DNA from: Octopus vulgaris
Lineage: Eukaryota
Reading direction: 5' to 3'
Assembly: GCA_951406725.2 (NCBI GenBank)
Contig: OX597826.1
Span: 73,656,001 to 73,720,000, forward strand
DNA: 64,000 nt
Shown here: positions 13,171-28,512 of the stretch, in pieces
Numbering within the stretch: position 1 is the first letter of the stretch
Layout of the letters: each line of letters starts with the position of its first letter
Made by a program: the position numbers and the translations under genes
Notes under the pieces: generated by a model
Told to the model about the DNA's origin: nothing
Database searches by the model: none
Seen by the model: only the letters and a program-made list of their open reading frames with translations

Positions 13171-15124
13171 TTAGGGTTGAAGTTAAGTGTAAAAGTTACA
13201 TTGAACATTAGGGTCATAGATAAGGGTTGATACGAATAGATGACTGGATAAAGATGGCAGGGTGGATGGAGAGAATGAACGTTACTGATGTCACCGTACA
13301 GCCGAAAGCCGTATTGATTGGATCACTGTATCTATCTCTTTGTCTGACTGTTGTCTGCTACTTACATACTTACTGTAGTGGACCAATAAGTTTCGATTTA
13401 AATAATTCAAATAGCACCGTAGTGGGGAACGTTATCGGTGCTCAAGTCGCGGTTTTGAGCGACAAAAATTTCGACACCATATTACAAAGTGAAGTTAGCA
13501 GTCATTCTGTGTTTCTGAATGGTTAACTGGTGTCTTCCACGCTGCAATTGTTTTGAATTATCATTTGCTCAAAGATCAGTTATGGTCAAGAAAGGCAAGC
13601 AAAACAATCTCTGACTTTTAATTAATTAATGGGTTTCAAATTTTGGCACAAGGCCAGCAATATCTGGGACGGGATAAGTCGATTATATTGACCTCAAAGC
13701 ACCTACTAGTACTCTTTTTTATCGACCCCGAACGGATGGAAGACAGAGTCGACATCGGCAAAATTTGAACTCAGAACGTAAAGACAGACGAAATGCCGCT
13801 AAGCATTTTGCCCGATTTGCTATCGATTCTGCCAGCTCGCCCCCTTAATCAATTAATTAAAAATAGAATATGGTCAATGCAGAGGGAAGCGAATCTGATA
13901 TTGGCTATACGGTGACAACTCTGATTATGGTTTAACCTAATTAGATCTTCTCTGCTAAGAATAATTTCTCCATCATTTTTGCAGGCTAACAGAGATAACT
14001 TGAGAGATATATAGAGTTGTGGGAAGGAGAATAAACACATGTAATAACTTTAAAAAGAATTAATGGAAACTACACAAAAACGGACTCTGCATTTAAAACA
14101 ATATATTAAGGTCACTGTTGATCCTGGATTCTCAATCGGGAATTGTGGCCTCAGTTTGAATGCTTCTTTTCATTGTTCTCTAGATTTGCACGATCTATGA
14201 AAATCAGCTGTCAACTTCCTCACCTCCTTGAGTCAAGTTCAGATCAACTTAGATAACCCAAGAAATATCCGTTGCTAGTGCTGCTATAGCTTAGTTTTCA
14301 AGACAATGATAGTTTTGTGACGAACAAAAACCACAACATATCAAATTTCTATATTTGACAACGATAGTTCACGTCAGATGATCTCTGCCTGCATTTAGTC
14401 AATTGCTATCCTGGTGCATTTTTGTGGTGGGGTTAAGAGTAATGGGAAATCCTACAATAGAATTTCGAGCCAACTAAACAGCCAAGAGAATTCCATAATT
14501 TGGCTGCCCAAATGATTACGGAGCTACCTTCACGGTTCATGGTAGGGGCCAGACAGAGTAGAAGGCTTCTTTGAACTGCCTCTAGGCATAAACTCATTCT
14601 GAAGTGTGAGTAAAAGGGTGAGTTCTGCTTATCGGTGTTGATGAGGGACAGGAGAGATTTAATAACTACAGCACTCTTATAGCATTCGGCTTTATGGGAC
14701 TCAAGACGAATGGCTTTAATAGAAAAATGGTTGGTCGGCAAGATGGTCGTTTAATTCTGGAGTCACTTTTGCTGCCGTAGTTCAAAAGGTTTTTAGACAC
14801 AATACGTTTCACCATTCAGCGGTCCCTCCAAGCTTTGCCTTTCGTCCAGAATTATGCTTGCCAGAGCTGATTTTATTTTGGTTTTTGGAATTTGAGTACC
14901 AATTCGAACATCGTTTTAGAGATTACCTCCCAAAACCTTAAACAATTTCACGGTTTTTGTGACTGAAGTTGTAGGCCATCTTCACTCCAACAATTTGTCC
15001 TCTTCATAAATCAGATAGGTCGCACGCATTTTAACTCACTTAAAAATCTGGCGGGTGGAAAGGAGGGGGGAACGGGTGACTATGTCAAAACAAACATAAT
15101 GCATATGAACATATATATAGATAC

Positions 15125-15157
<33 letters not shown>

Positions 15158-15261
15158 TACATACATACATACAGACTGAAACAGGTTTTGAATATTATGT
15201 CATACTGCCAATAGAAAGCAAATAGTTAAATACAAAGTAGTGTTTTCTTTTCTTTTGTCCA

Positions 15262-15837
<576 letters not shown>

Positions 15838-16259
15838 GCGTATGCGCGTTATGTCACCAATGATTAAATTTGCTGAGCAACGTTAAAAGTAGTCTACGAG
15901 ACTGCCGAACACAATATTATATAAATATATCACCTCGGCTTGCAAGGTTATTAACATCAAATTACAACTTCCCATTTGTTGTTACATAAACAAAGTTACA
16001 TTAACGTAATATAGTTCTGCCGTGGTTATTATTATGATAGAATAGTTCTGGAGACAAGCACCTGGCACATACAATATAATACACATCATTAAGCATTTAT
16101 ATATTTCTAACCCTCTTTTGATATAAACTACACCGATTTTTGTACAGGGTATCGTTACCAGGGATTCGTCTGACGAGAATAGAAGAAATATAAGACGAAG
16201 GTGACATATATATTCATATGACCGGTGGACGATAAGACTCATGAAGACATATTTATTTA

Positions 16260-16596
16260 TGACACCGGAAGAATAATATTGCGTTTTGCATGTGAAAGTT
16301 CTCTAATTTTTACCAACATGTAAACAACACACAAACACACTTCTGTGTGTTTTAATTTGATATTATTTAGAGTAAATCGCCTCATTATGACATTCTCTGT
16401 CTCTGTTTCCACCTCTACGTGAGATATATTCCGTACGGTTTCTATGATTTTCATTTATAACGGACACAACTAGTAATTATATGAAATCTTTTTGTCAAGA
16501 GGCCAATTGGTGGCAATTTCAATGTCTTGCTTTAACTTCTCCTCTCTATAATCAAACTGGAAAACTAGATCGGACCACCAGAGTCACATGGTGAGT
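16260..16596 (+). promoter_or_regulatory. Candidate promoter and first exon of Kidins220, ending ATG|GTGAGT at 16590
   Basis: Consensus splice donor 16591-16596, CCGGAAG near 16265 and CCAAT near 16503. Non-repetitive DNA, and CpG depletion begins shortly downstream. Confidence 0.5.
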
Positions 16597-19279
16597 ACTT
16601 ACTTTTGCTAAAACTGTTTTCGGTGCATTCATATAGGGAAACAGAAATAGTGCTTCGATTTAATTAGTGTGCACTTTTATTCCTTGGTTCGTCGGAGTGT
16701 CATTGAATCGACCTCTTTTATCTGATTATTATTTTTCTTGTGCCAAACAAAACAACTCCTCATTTTTCGCACACACACACACGCACACACACACACACAA
16801 TGCGTACACTCACGCATACACACACATGCATACACTCACCCACACATGCATACACGCACGCATACACACACACCACTTATACACATAAAACCCGGCCTCG
16901 GATTTGATGCACAAATTTTATTATATATTTCATTTTTAAATTAAATCTTATATTCTCTCTCTCTCTCTCTCTCTTTCTCTCCCTCTCTCTACATTTAAAC
17001 ATCGTTTACATCTTAACTGGGGCACTTTCTGTCAGGTTTTGCAGTAAAATAATATTTCTGTTTGTGTTCTATCAGTTATTAATGTGGAATTGATTGTAAA
17101 CAAGTCAAAATATTCAACTTCTGGAGTCGTGAACTCCAACGTTTCTTCAAAGAAAAAATATTTCTTTTTTTTATTGCTAAATTTGTGATTAACCTGCTAT
17201 CTCTCTAAATAACAGAAATCAGTTTTAATATTCAAGGAATGAATATATAAGCTAATTTCCAATGTGTGTGTTTGTGTGTATCCTACTTAACTTGACTCAT
17301 ATTTTTAAATCGAAACTCGTGATTGGAGTAATGTGCTACTATATATCAAGGTTGTTTTATTTCTGTTTTATTCTGTCACACTAATAATATAATTTCTTAA
17401 ATATGAAATTACACAATTATGAACAAGAGTTTGGTGCTTAAAAATAAATCAAGTCCCAGCTAAGGACCAAAACTTAGATGCAATTTCCTATTCCCTGTTG
17501 TGTTGACTAACATCGTTAATGATGATAATTTAGTGAAGGCACTGACCATTCTTTCACAATCTATTCCTGGTTCTTAGTCAATTGGTTCGACACATTTTAT
17601 GACTGGAATAAGCTCTGAGTGGCTGAAAGACAAATTCAGTTTGGTCTGGGCTAAAATTCACAACATCCATTATCGAAGTATATTGTTTATAGCAACATCA
17701 GAACTCTTTAAAATGAGTGAAAGGCCCGGGAAGAGTCGAAACCACGTCCTCATGCTTTAATTGTTCTACCTTTTCCAGTAATGCTTACAGTAAGAAGAGA
17801 AAAAAACAGTTGTAATGATAGTTTGTCCAGGGACATTAAAGACGTCTCTCTCTCTCTCCCTCTCTCTCGATTTATTGTTCATCCTTTCGTAACTAAAATG
17901 GACCTTCTATTGAGCATGGAATGTCCCCTTTCAGGGTGGGGATAGGTGCACCATGTTGCCTGATTTAGCACCATCTTCTGGCCCTTGAGTGGCATTAGCA
18001 AAGTTTGTTTCCATTGCAAACATTCAGACAAGACTTCTAGCACAAGGATCTACTTGACTATTCCCTACTACACTTCCTTCAATGCCAAAGACAATAGATC
18101 CAGATCCCTCAACCAATTCTACCTCCTCCCTCTTCTCAAACATCCAAGGTCTTCTCTCCAATCTAGATCCCATACATCATATTTCTTGACCCTGGTCTTC
18201 AACCCATTTCTGCTGTCCAGGATACACACTCTACCCAGATTTCACTTCAAAAGGTGGAGTCTTCTTATGTATGGACTCCACTCTTTCTACCTTTCACCTC
18301 TCTCACCTGGGTTTCTGTAATGATACTGGTGCCACGTAAAACGCACTAGTGATGATGTCATATAAAAAGCACTGATGATGGTGCTACATAAAAAGTGCTA
18401 GTGATGGTGCCGTGTTAAAAGCACCCAGTACACTCTGTAAAGTGGTTGGCATTAGGAAGGGCATCTAGCTATAGAAATCAAGCCAAAACAGACCATGGAA
18501 CCTGGTGCAACTCCTAGTCTTGCCAGCTCGTCAAAGCATCCAACCCATACCATGGAAAACAGACATTAAATGATGATGATACCTTCCCATTAACTTGGCT
18601 CAAACTCTCCCGTCCTCATCCCCCCCAAATACATCTGCTCTCCAAACTTTTCAGACCACAGCTACTCCTTTGACCTCATCTCTTACATTGAGAATGTTTG
18701 TCTCACCTCTCTATAGTCATTGTCCTCAACAACTTCACTATTCACAACTCATGGCTCTTGCAATCATCTCACACTGATGCAGTGCGAGATGATACCCTTC
18801 TATCTAATTGTACCATCTGATCATCATCATCATCATCATCGTTTAACGTCCATTTTCCGTGCTAATACGGGTTGGATGATTCGACCAGGGTCTGGGAAGC
18901 CAGGAGGCTGCACCAGGCTCCAGTTTGATCTGGCAGTGTTTCTACAGCTGGATGCCCTTCCTAACACCAACCATTCCATGAGTGTAGTGGGTGCTCATCA
19001 TCATCATCATCATTGTTCGACCATGGTCGAGACAATGGAATTTACCATGCTACGCCAGACTTCACGGTCCATCATGGCATTACAGAGGTCCCTTTGCTGG
19101 ATGCCTGTGGGTGCTTTTTACGTGCCAGCGGGGGCTGGCAAATGGCCACAGTCGGATGGTGCTTTTTACATGCCACCGGCACAGGGATCACAACTACAAT
19201 TTCCATTGATTTTTGATGTTGATGTACTTGACTTAATAGGTCCCCTCAAGCACATCTGTTGACAAAACTCTTTCTCCTC

Positions 19280-19700
19280 CCCATTCTCACTGAGCTTTAA
19301 TATTCCTCAATGTTTAGTTTTGTCTGCCACTCACTTCCTTCTATCAAAGACCTACTTGCTGCCACATCCAACAATAGCCATTCTCATGCAGGTGACATAA
19401 GCCTTTATTCCTCCTTAACTTTCCCCAATCGTGCATCGTCTATGTGCAGCCCAGACACCACACACCAAACCTGCATTGACTCCATAAACAAAGATCTTAA
19501 GAGCATCCATCAGTGGGGCCCATGCCAATCTTGTCTACTTTAACAGCAAAAACACTCAAGCATTACTCATATTGAGAAAACATCACTGCACCAAACCCAT
19601 GACTCAACATGAGCTCACTCAGCTGCAGCCATCACAGTCACTCCAAATGCTTGGCTTTACTACCACTGACGATCTCTCTAGGCAGGACCATATCCTAGAG
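19280..19700 (+). mobile_element. Decayed CR1/L2/Jockey-like RT fragment
   Basis: HSHAGDISLY (degenerate YADD region) and INKDLKSIHQWG. Confidence 0.55.
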
Positions 19701-20557
19701 TCACTTGTATGATGATGTCACTTACTTACAATTACTGTGTAATGTTCAAACAAAGAAGATATACACACACACAGGTATGTGCACATGCACACACACACAC
19801 ACACATTCATATACATCCACACATATACATACATGCAAAATGACAAACGACTGAATCATCCTGAGCAGAATGTAAACCCTGTACACTCAGCTACAGAAAT
19901 ATATATTCTATCAAACAACAATTCCATGAATATTCAGAGAAGCCGAACTTTTAGGGAAGTTTGTGACCTTTACTTGGGTGTGAGTAATACAAAGGAAACA
20001 GTTGTATCTAGAAATAGAAACTAGTTTGCTGATTTTTACTTTGCCAAGAATTTACTTTCTCTTCTACAAAATGCAGTGAAGCATTATTATTAATCACCAT
20101 CCTCATCGTTTTATGTCCATTTTACTGTGTTTGCATATATCTGATAGAGTTTTCTTTTAGCAGATTTTCTGACTGGATGCTCTTTCTGTTGCCAACCCTC
20201 CCCACCTGTTTCCAAGCTGGGTAATATTTCATGCCCAAATATGTTTCCATGCAAGAGTAGAAACGAAGGGTAGTGACACTTATTCTTTTACTCTTTTACT
20301 TGTTTCAGTCATTTGACTGCGGCCATGCTGGAGCACCACCTTTAGTCGAGCAAGTCAACCTCAGGACCTATTCTTTGTAAGCCTAGTACTTATTCTATGG
20401 GGACATAAACACACCAGCATTGGTTGTCGAGCGATGGTAGGGTGGACAAAGACAGACACAAACATATACACACATACATACATATATATATGGATTTATC
20501 GGTATATATAGGTGAAATTTATTAATTTTATTAAATTAATTATATTCCACCCTTTTT

Positions 20558-20596
<39 letters not shown>

Positions 20597-23509
20597 GACA
20601 GGCTTCTTTCAGTTTTCATCTACCAAATCCACTAACAAGGCTTTGGTCAGCCCGAGGCTATAATAGAAGACACTTGCCCAGGGTGCCACGCAGTGGGACT
20701 GAACCAGGAACCATGTGGTTGGTAAGCAAGCTACTTACCACACAGCCACTCCTTGTTTATAACTATCACATAAGATTATGGCAAAAATACAGTAATAACA
20801 CACGCATACATACGACAGGCTTCTTTCAGTTTCCATCTACCAAATCTACTCGCAAGGCTTTAGTCAGTCTGAAAGCTATAGTAGAATACATTTACCCAAG
20901 AAGTACACTGTTAACCCTATTCAGTTTGTATTTTATTGGTTAATAGTACAACCACCCTGCTGCCATACCAATTCAATTGTTTGTGTTGTACTATTAACCA
21001 ATAAGTATATCATTTATTTGCATCAAACATTTGAGACTATATCAGTCGAGCTTAAACAAAACCTGTAAACAGAAAAAATGTGTCGTATTTCAGCCTACAG
21101 ATGTGTGGATGCAAAAACCACATACACACAGATATAATACATCTATTATGTGATATCTTGGACAAGTGTCTTCTACTATTGCTCCAAGCTGACCAATGCC
21201 TTGTGAGTGATTTTGGTAGATGAAGACTGTGTGGAAGCATGTGATGTGTGTGTGTGTGTTTATGTGCTCTGCTACCATCTTATGTGCTCTGCCTTCAGAA
21301 GCAAGAAAAGTGATAGTTATTTCATTGCAGAAGCACATAATACCACCCACCCACCATCCACCCATTTCCTGAATGATGGTGACCATCCCTGAGAAACAAG
21401 ATATATATGTAGATTTCAAAATATGCACACATACTTGTGTATATGTGTGATAATGGCAGTGTGTTAAGAAATTTGCTTTGCAACCACAAGGTTCTAAGTT
21501 CAGTCCCACTGCGTGATATCTTGGACAAGTGTCTTCTACTATTGCTCCAAGCTGACCAATGCCTTGTGAAAGATTTTGGTAGATGAAAACTATGTGGAAG
21601 CATGTAATGTGTGTGTGTGTGTTTATTTGCTCCGCTACCATCTTTTGACAACTGGTGTTAGTTTGTCCTCATGGCTTTTTTTTTAAGAAGACCAACAAAA
21701 TAAAATATGTACCAACAAAATAAAATATGTGCCAGTAAACCTATCAAGGCAATGCCCCAGCATGGCCACTGTCCAGTGACTGAAACAAAATAAAAAGATA
21801 CATACATGCAGACGTATGCACCCCTAACATACATGCATACATTTTTCCTGTGTGGGTAGAATGGTTATACAAATATCTACATTTTCACATTGTTAACCTG
21901 AATAGTCTTTGTGCTTCATACCAGTAATTATTCCCCTGTGAAGGAGAGGAAAACCCATTATCACTTAGAGTTGTGTCAGTTGTGCAGGTTCATGTTATCG
22001 CTTAGGCAGGGTTTCTCTTCACCATCCTGGGGCTCAGTGGTTCAACTCCTGAACTGTAAACCTCTTCATTCTGTGTCGTCATCGTACATGTAAATCTTAA
22101 AATTTTCAGGTTTTGTCTACTTCTCCCTGGGACATCATTAGCCTACATCCACCACCACCAACAACAACAACAACAACTACCATGTCTTCCCAAGCGTGAA
22201 TGAGGAAACCTCCATGTAGTTGCTTGACCTGCTAGAAATAGCTACCAAATCCCACTCAAATCTCATTGTATCATTTTAAAAAGGGAAAGGACACGTTATA
22301 TACCTTTGAAAACTACATAACCATGACTAGAATGCCTTTCATATTCTGTCGATGTAATTCTTGAATGTAGGGTCTGCAGAAGAAAGAGAGGAGAGAACAG
22401 ATAAAGCTGAGAGAGAGAGAGGGAGCCGACATAACTCTGACCTAATTAGAATGCTAAATATATCTAGACCTACCCCAAAGGTGAACTACAATGACATTGG
22501 AAGAGATAGAAACACTCAGCAACAGAATGGGTTTTGGTGCTAGAGGAAGCAGGTTCTGTCTCAGCTAGCAGTGGGCCTTAGTTTGGAACTCTCTGCCTGA
22601 GAATTGGGCAACATTGTTTGGCAATCAAATAAGCTGTGACTGTTTCAACTGTGACTGTTCCCTTTTTTATTTCAGACCAGGTATCAAAGAATCTATGTTA
22701 TGTAATGTATCCTTCTTTTTAAGACAAAGTATGGATTTGGAGGAGATTTAGCTACTATTTCAAGGAGACAGTGGCTACCTTGACTTAATTTGGGTCGGGT
22801 TTACCTGCTAGGCCGACTGCAGTGGCTTAATCCTCTAAATATAGATTAGGTGAAATACAAAAAAAAAGAGAAACAGAGTTTAATTAATTAATCAGAAACA
22901 ATTAATTTATCAGAAGTTTGGCATATTTTGAAGGAACGTGAATAGTGGGGAATTTGTAACATTCATGCCTTTTCCAAAGACATCAGCAAAGCAAAAATGA
23001 AGTGAAAATATTGCATCTGAGAACTGGCAAACAAGTAGTTTTGTAGTAATTGATAATCTGAAGGTTTTAGCAATGAATAGTGATAGATCTGGTTTACTAA
23101 TCTTGCTTAGTATACTAATCACACAAACAACATCCACCTAGATTCTTACTGTTGCCACTGCTACCACCACCACCACCACCACTACTATCAACACCACCAG
23201 TACTACTATTTAGTGGTTCAGCTAATGGGAGCAAGGGGAGTGGCACATCACCACCCACAAACACATTTTTCAAAATTGGTGTTTTTTCAACAATTGAGAT
23301 ATGAGTTTAACAATTATTTAATATGTGTCACCCGTGCCTTTTTTGTTATGTGCTTCTTCCCACTATAGAACTTGCCTGTGCTTCTGCTGCTACTGCCTCT
23401 CTCACATGTAGGTGTTCAATCACAACTAGTAGTCCACTGGTGTCTTTTCTTACTAATAACTGGTCACTACTTTCACTTTTGGCTGTCCATCATTAGTACT
23501 TATATAATA

Positions 23510-23870
23510 TATAATAATAATGAAATTATTGTATACAGTGCTCAGGTGCACCACAACTTGTCAGAAAGTGCATATAAAGCATATGCAGTAATGTACAAAT
23601 GTCTGGAAAGCGAACAGTGTACAAGTCAGATACATGCTTGCGTGTGTATGGAGGGGAGAAAATCAGGTGTAGTGTTGGCGAATCTCAGGAAGCATGGAAG
23701 TTTTGAAGGATGCAGTGCTCCGACAACTAACAACTGATGCTGGCAGTTTGTTCCATGCTTCAGCAACTCTTAGCGTGAAAAAATATTTCTGAAAGTCATG
23801 GGAAATGTGCTGTTTTCTGACTTTGTAAACATGTCAACGGGTGTTAGACAGATGGAGTTTGAAAAGGTGG
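23510..23870 (-). mobile_element. CR1-like LINE 3' end on the minus strand; a short copy lies at about 10500-10540
   Basis: Minus strand reads as FFTLRVAEAWNKLP-like, with an (ATT)n tail; the 3' UTR sequence is shared with 10500. Confidence 0.7.
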
Positions 23871-24619
23871 AAATTTAATGACCTGTAGCTGGTCACCAGT
23901 GTCCATTCACCAGTAACTGTTCACACTTTATTTCCCAACGAACAATGGAAATATATACATTATTTTTCAGTGACAACGATGATAAAGTTAATGACTTCAA
24001 TTAAATTCCGGTCATGCTTATATGAAATATGTCACCTTAACAGATAGGAAGGACAAGATAGAATCAACAGTCTATCTGATAAAACAGTAGCTGCTCTCTT
24101 ATCATGTCTGTATTTTCCAGCTTGAACAGCAAAAGTCACTGTTGACACCTTAGGGTAAATGTCTTCTTCTGTAACCTTGGGCTGACTAAAGCCTTGTAAG
24201 TGGATATAGTAGAAGGAAACTGAAAGAAGCCCATTGCACACATATGTGTGTTTGTTTGTCTCTCTTTGTTTTGACATCATAGGATAATTGTAAGCAACTG
24301 TCACTATGCTACAACAGGTGTCTTTTGTTCCCAGTCTTCTGTGTAAACATGTCCAGCTATGGGGAAATAGTGACCTTGCTTGAGAACAAGTGAAGGTTAG
24401 CAACAGGTAGGGCAGCCAGCCATAAAAACAACAGCATTCAGCTTGTTGGAATTTACAAAAAAAAAACCATAAGACGAAGACAGGTGTATAAACAACCAAC
24501 AGGTGTATTAGTTTAAAGCTTGGGAAGGTGAGAAAGTCTTTTATGTTTCGAGCCTACGCTCTTTGACAGAAAGGAACATGAGAAATAGAGAGAATAAAAA
24601 AGCTTTAGTGGCTAGAGGT

Positions 24620-24650
<31 letters not shown>

Positions 24651-25331
24651 TCATCATCATCATTTAGCATCCATTGTCCATGGGTTGGATGGTTTGACAG
24701 GAGCTGGTAAGTTGTGGGGCTGCACCAGACTCCAGTCTGATTTGGCATGGTTTTCTACAGCTGGATGCCCTTCCTAATGCTAACCACTCCGGGAGTGTAA
24801 TGGGTGTTTTTTACATGCCACTGGCACAGGTTCCAGTTGCGTGACATCAGTATCTGCCATGACTATGATTTCATGGGTCTTCATCTCAAGCACAGCATAT
24901 TGCCAAAGGTCTCGGTCATTGCCTGTGTGAGGCCCAACACTTGAAAGGTGCTTTTTACTTGACACCAGCATCGGCCACATTGCCTCAGGGATAAATATTA
25001 CCTCAGAGCAGTATTTGTCAAGGTTGGGGGTGGATTACTTCAGGATAGGCCATGGTAGGATATTTAGGCCAGTTTAAATGTTAAACGCTTTAAACAAGAT
25101 TAACAAAGTAGATCTACTAATTTTTACATTAATCTTAAGTATTATTAATTACCAAACTTGCCGCCATCCAGTTCTCAGAACTTTTTTGCTTCATGTATAT
25201 TTGCTGATGTCTTTGAAATAGGCATGAATGCTACAAATTCTCGTTATTTCCTTTCAAAATTTTCTAAAATTCTTAGTTCTTTCTGAATAATTAATTAAAC
25301 ATTAATTACACTCTGTTTGTTTTCTTTATGT

Positions 25332-25665
25332 GAAGGCGCATGGCTCAGTGGTTAGAGCGTCGAGCTTACGGTCGTGAGGTTGTGAGCTCGAATCCCGGAC
25401 CAGGCTGCGTGTTGTGTTCTCGAGCAAGGCACTTTATTTCACGTTGCTCCAGTTCACTCAGCTGTAGAAATGAGTTGCGACGTCACAGGTGCCAAGCTGT
25501 ATCGACCTTTGTCTTTCCCTTGGATAACACTGGTGGCGTGGAGAGGGGAGGCTGGTATGCATGGGCGACTGCTGGCCTTCCATAAACAACCTTGCCCGGA
25601 ATTGTATCTAGGAAGGTAACTTTCTAGGTGCAATCCCATGGTCATTCATGACCGAAGGGGGTCTT
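25332..25665 (+). mobile_element. tRNA-derived SINE, family D-like. Related heads at about 11218, 27783, 29730, 33326, 59790
   Basis: ggcgcatggctcagtggttagagcg...gagctcgaatccc A/B boxes followed by a non-tRNA body. Confidence 0.75.
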
Positions 25666-28118
25666 TACCTGTTTTCTTTATATTTCACCCATCGGTTGTA
25701 TATATATATATATATATATATGACGAGCTTCTTCCAGTTTCCGTCTACCAAATTCACTCACAAGGCTTTGGTCGGCCCGAGGCTATAGTAGAAGACATTT
25801 GCCCAAGGTGCCATGCAGTGGGACTGAACCCGGAACCATGTGGTTGGTAAGCCAGCTACTTACCACACAGCCACTCCTGTGCCTGCCCACACAATTTAAA
25901 TAGTTATTCAATCTGCTAGAGATAACAGCCAAATCTCTCCCAAATCATACATTATATCTTGAAAAAAAGGGAACACATTATATAATATAGTGCTATTTAC
26001 ACCACCCAAAATAAAGAAGGAATGGTCACATTTGGAATGCCTATGATCTCTGGTCTATTCATTTAGAACTCACCTGTTTCTAAACAAAAATAACACTGAC
26101 CTAATTGCAGTGGGAAAGGTGAGCCAAGCTAAGGTCCACCGTTAGGTGAGGTTGAACTTGTTTCCTCTAGCCCCAAAACTATTACTTGCTGTTCTATTTC
26201 TTCCAATGTCATTGTAGTTCACCTCTAAGATAAGTCTAGATATATTTAGTGTTCAAATTAGGTCATAGGCATGTCATCTCTCTCTCTCCCTCTCTCTCTC
26301 TCACCTTTCACTCTGCTTTATCATTCCTTCACTTTCTTCCCCACACCTTAAATTCAAGAATTATATTCACAAAATAAGTTAGAAAATTTGATTTTTCAAA
26401 CTATTCCCATTTACAGTATTATTTTTATTTCTTTCACAAAATTTTAGTCCAATAATAAATACTTATAATCCAAGTAAACAGTTGTCTATAATATCAGTTG
26501 ATATTTTAGGAACTTTTAACAGCAGTAGCCACCCCTACTGTGGTGGATGGTTGATGGTGAGGTGGGTGGCATCTGGAGTAAAAGTAGATGGTATTGGCTG
26601 GTAACTAGAGTTCAATGGTAGTGCATGGTACCTACAGTGGAGATACATATTATTAGATGGTAACTAGAGAATAGTGTAAAATAGCTACCTTAGCAGTGGA
26701 TAGTAGCTACAGTGGAGATTGTTGGTAGTGGATGGTTGGATGGTAACTGGAGTAGAATTAACAAAGTAGATCTACTAATTTTTACATTAATCTTAAGAAT
26801 TATTAATTACCAAACTTGTCGCCATCCAGTTCTCAGAACTTTTTTGCTTCATGTATATTTGCTGATGTTTTTGAAACAGGCATGAATGCTACAAATTCTT
26901 CTAAGTCAGCCATGATTAACAACTTTTGAGGAAGGACATTCTTGTTGCAACCACCCTCAACTTGTGTATTTTTAGAGAAACCTGTAAGTTGTGGTGGTCA
27001 TCACTTTCTTTTTTTAAGACAGTGAGGTGTGATTTTTAGAAAATATGACTGTTATTTCTAGCAGGTTGACTGATAAGGGATACTCCGTTGTTGACTTAAT
27101 AGAATAAAGATAGATAATCTGGTAGATAGCTTGCTTACCAACCACATGGTTCCGGGTTCAGTCCCACTGCGTGGTACCTTGGGCAAGTGTCTTCTACTAT
27201 AGCCTTGGGCCAACCAAAGCCTTGTGAGTGGATTTGGTAGATGGAAACTGAAAGAAGCCTTTTGTATATGTGTGTGTTTGTGTCTGTGTTTGTCCCCCCT
27301 ACCATCACTTGACAACCGATGCTGGTGTGTTTATGTCCCCATAACTTAGCGATAAGTACTAGGCTTCCAAAGAATAAGTCCTGGGGTCGATTTGTTCGAC
27401 TAAAGGCAGTGCTCCAGCATGGCCACAGTCAAGTGACTGAAACAAATATAAGAATAAAAGAATCAAATGGCTATTATGGGCCATTCCAATAAAATAGGAA
27501 TCACAGGGGTCAATAGGTGAAAGAAAAGGGTTGAGATTGCAGCTGCAATAATTGTTTTTTACTCTCAAGTCATCCCTAATCGATCAATCCTAATGGTTGA
27601 GTAATTGTGAAGCAGGATTTCAAGAATGGAGAGTAGAGGTGGACATGATATTATTTGCGTATGGGGCTGCTTGTATGTTTTGTAAAGGCATGGACGAAGA
27701 ATTTATTATTCAACCAGCACTCCAGCATCAACCATCCCATTCTTTTCTGATAGAATTGTATCCTGTATACTTTACAGTGGTGGAGGTGCATGGCTTAGTG
27801 GTTAGGGTGTTGGACTCATAATCGTAAGATTTTGGTTTCAATTCCTGGACCGGGCGATGCATTGTGTTCTTGAGCAAACCACTTCATTTCCCATTGTGCC
27901 AGTTGACTCAGCTGGTACTCATGAATAATCCTGTCACACACAAGGGTTCCATAAAGGGAGGAATATATAGGCCAGAGAAACCAGGAAACCAGCCCTCTGC
28001 TCCTTATCAAGTAACAGGGACTAACCATTCTTAACAGTTGGGTAATATTCAATGAAGAATAGGTTACGGTTTCTTTCAGTTTGAATGACCCCATAAAACA
28101 TGGAATATTCCTGTTTAA

Positions 28119-28512
28119 TCTCTTTATATATAAAGCTGAAGTTGTCTGTGTATGGCAGGTTTGGTAGCCTTCAACTAACACTATCTCCTCCAAGACCCTG
28201 CGGCGCAAGTTGACCAAAATTTGGAGTACGATAGAAGAAGGCTTGCTCTTACTTCCGTAGAAGATAAAATTCAAATCGGACCATGTTAACACCAAAAATT
28301 ATTTACATCAAAAAGGTGCTTTTTTTTCTATGAAAATCCCTATTTTTTACGATTTTTTTTACTACTGTGTCGCCATTTTTCGGTGTATTTCAACCAGAAA
28401 AATGTTCACTTAAAGAGAATAACAAGCTACATAATGCAAAATTTTTACTTTTCAAAAATTCCAATTCTAAAGGGTCGAAACAATCCCGAGCAACGCTGGG
28501 CTATACTGCTAG
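28119..28512 (+). mobile_element. Non-autonomous Helitron-like element
   Basis: A|TC...CTAG|T ends, subterminal hairpin cccgagcaacgctggg; reverse complement of the 12774-13170 copy. Confidence 0.8.

Noticed and set aside
14040-15050. Non-microsatellite block that looks like decayed coding sequence
   Set aside because: Many stops and no recognisable motif; probably an old TE relic that cannot be classified by eye.
16165-16200. TTCGT-CTGACGA...GAAA...ACGAA hammerhead-like string
   Set aside because: No stem II pairing and no proper UH site; it could be chance or a very decayed copy.
21160-21645. ~130-nt direct duplication giving a 183-aa minus-strand ORF
   Set aside because: Duplicated SINE family-A fragments; the ORF is incidental.
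25332-25410. tRNA-like sequence (also at 11218, 33326, 59790)
   Set aside because: A/B boxes run into SINE bodies with no complete cloverleaf, so these are SINE heads.
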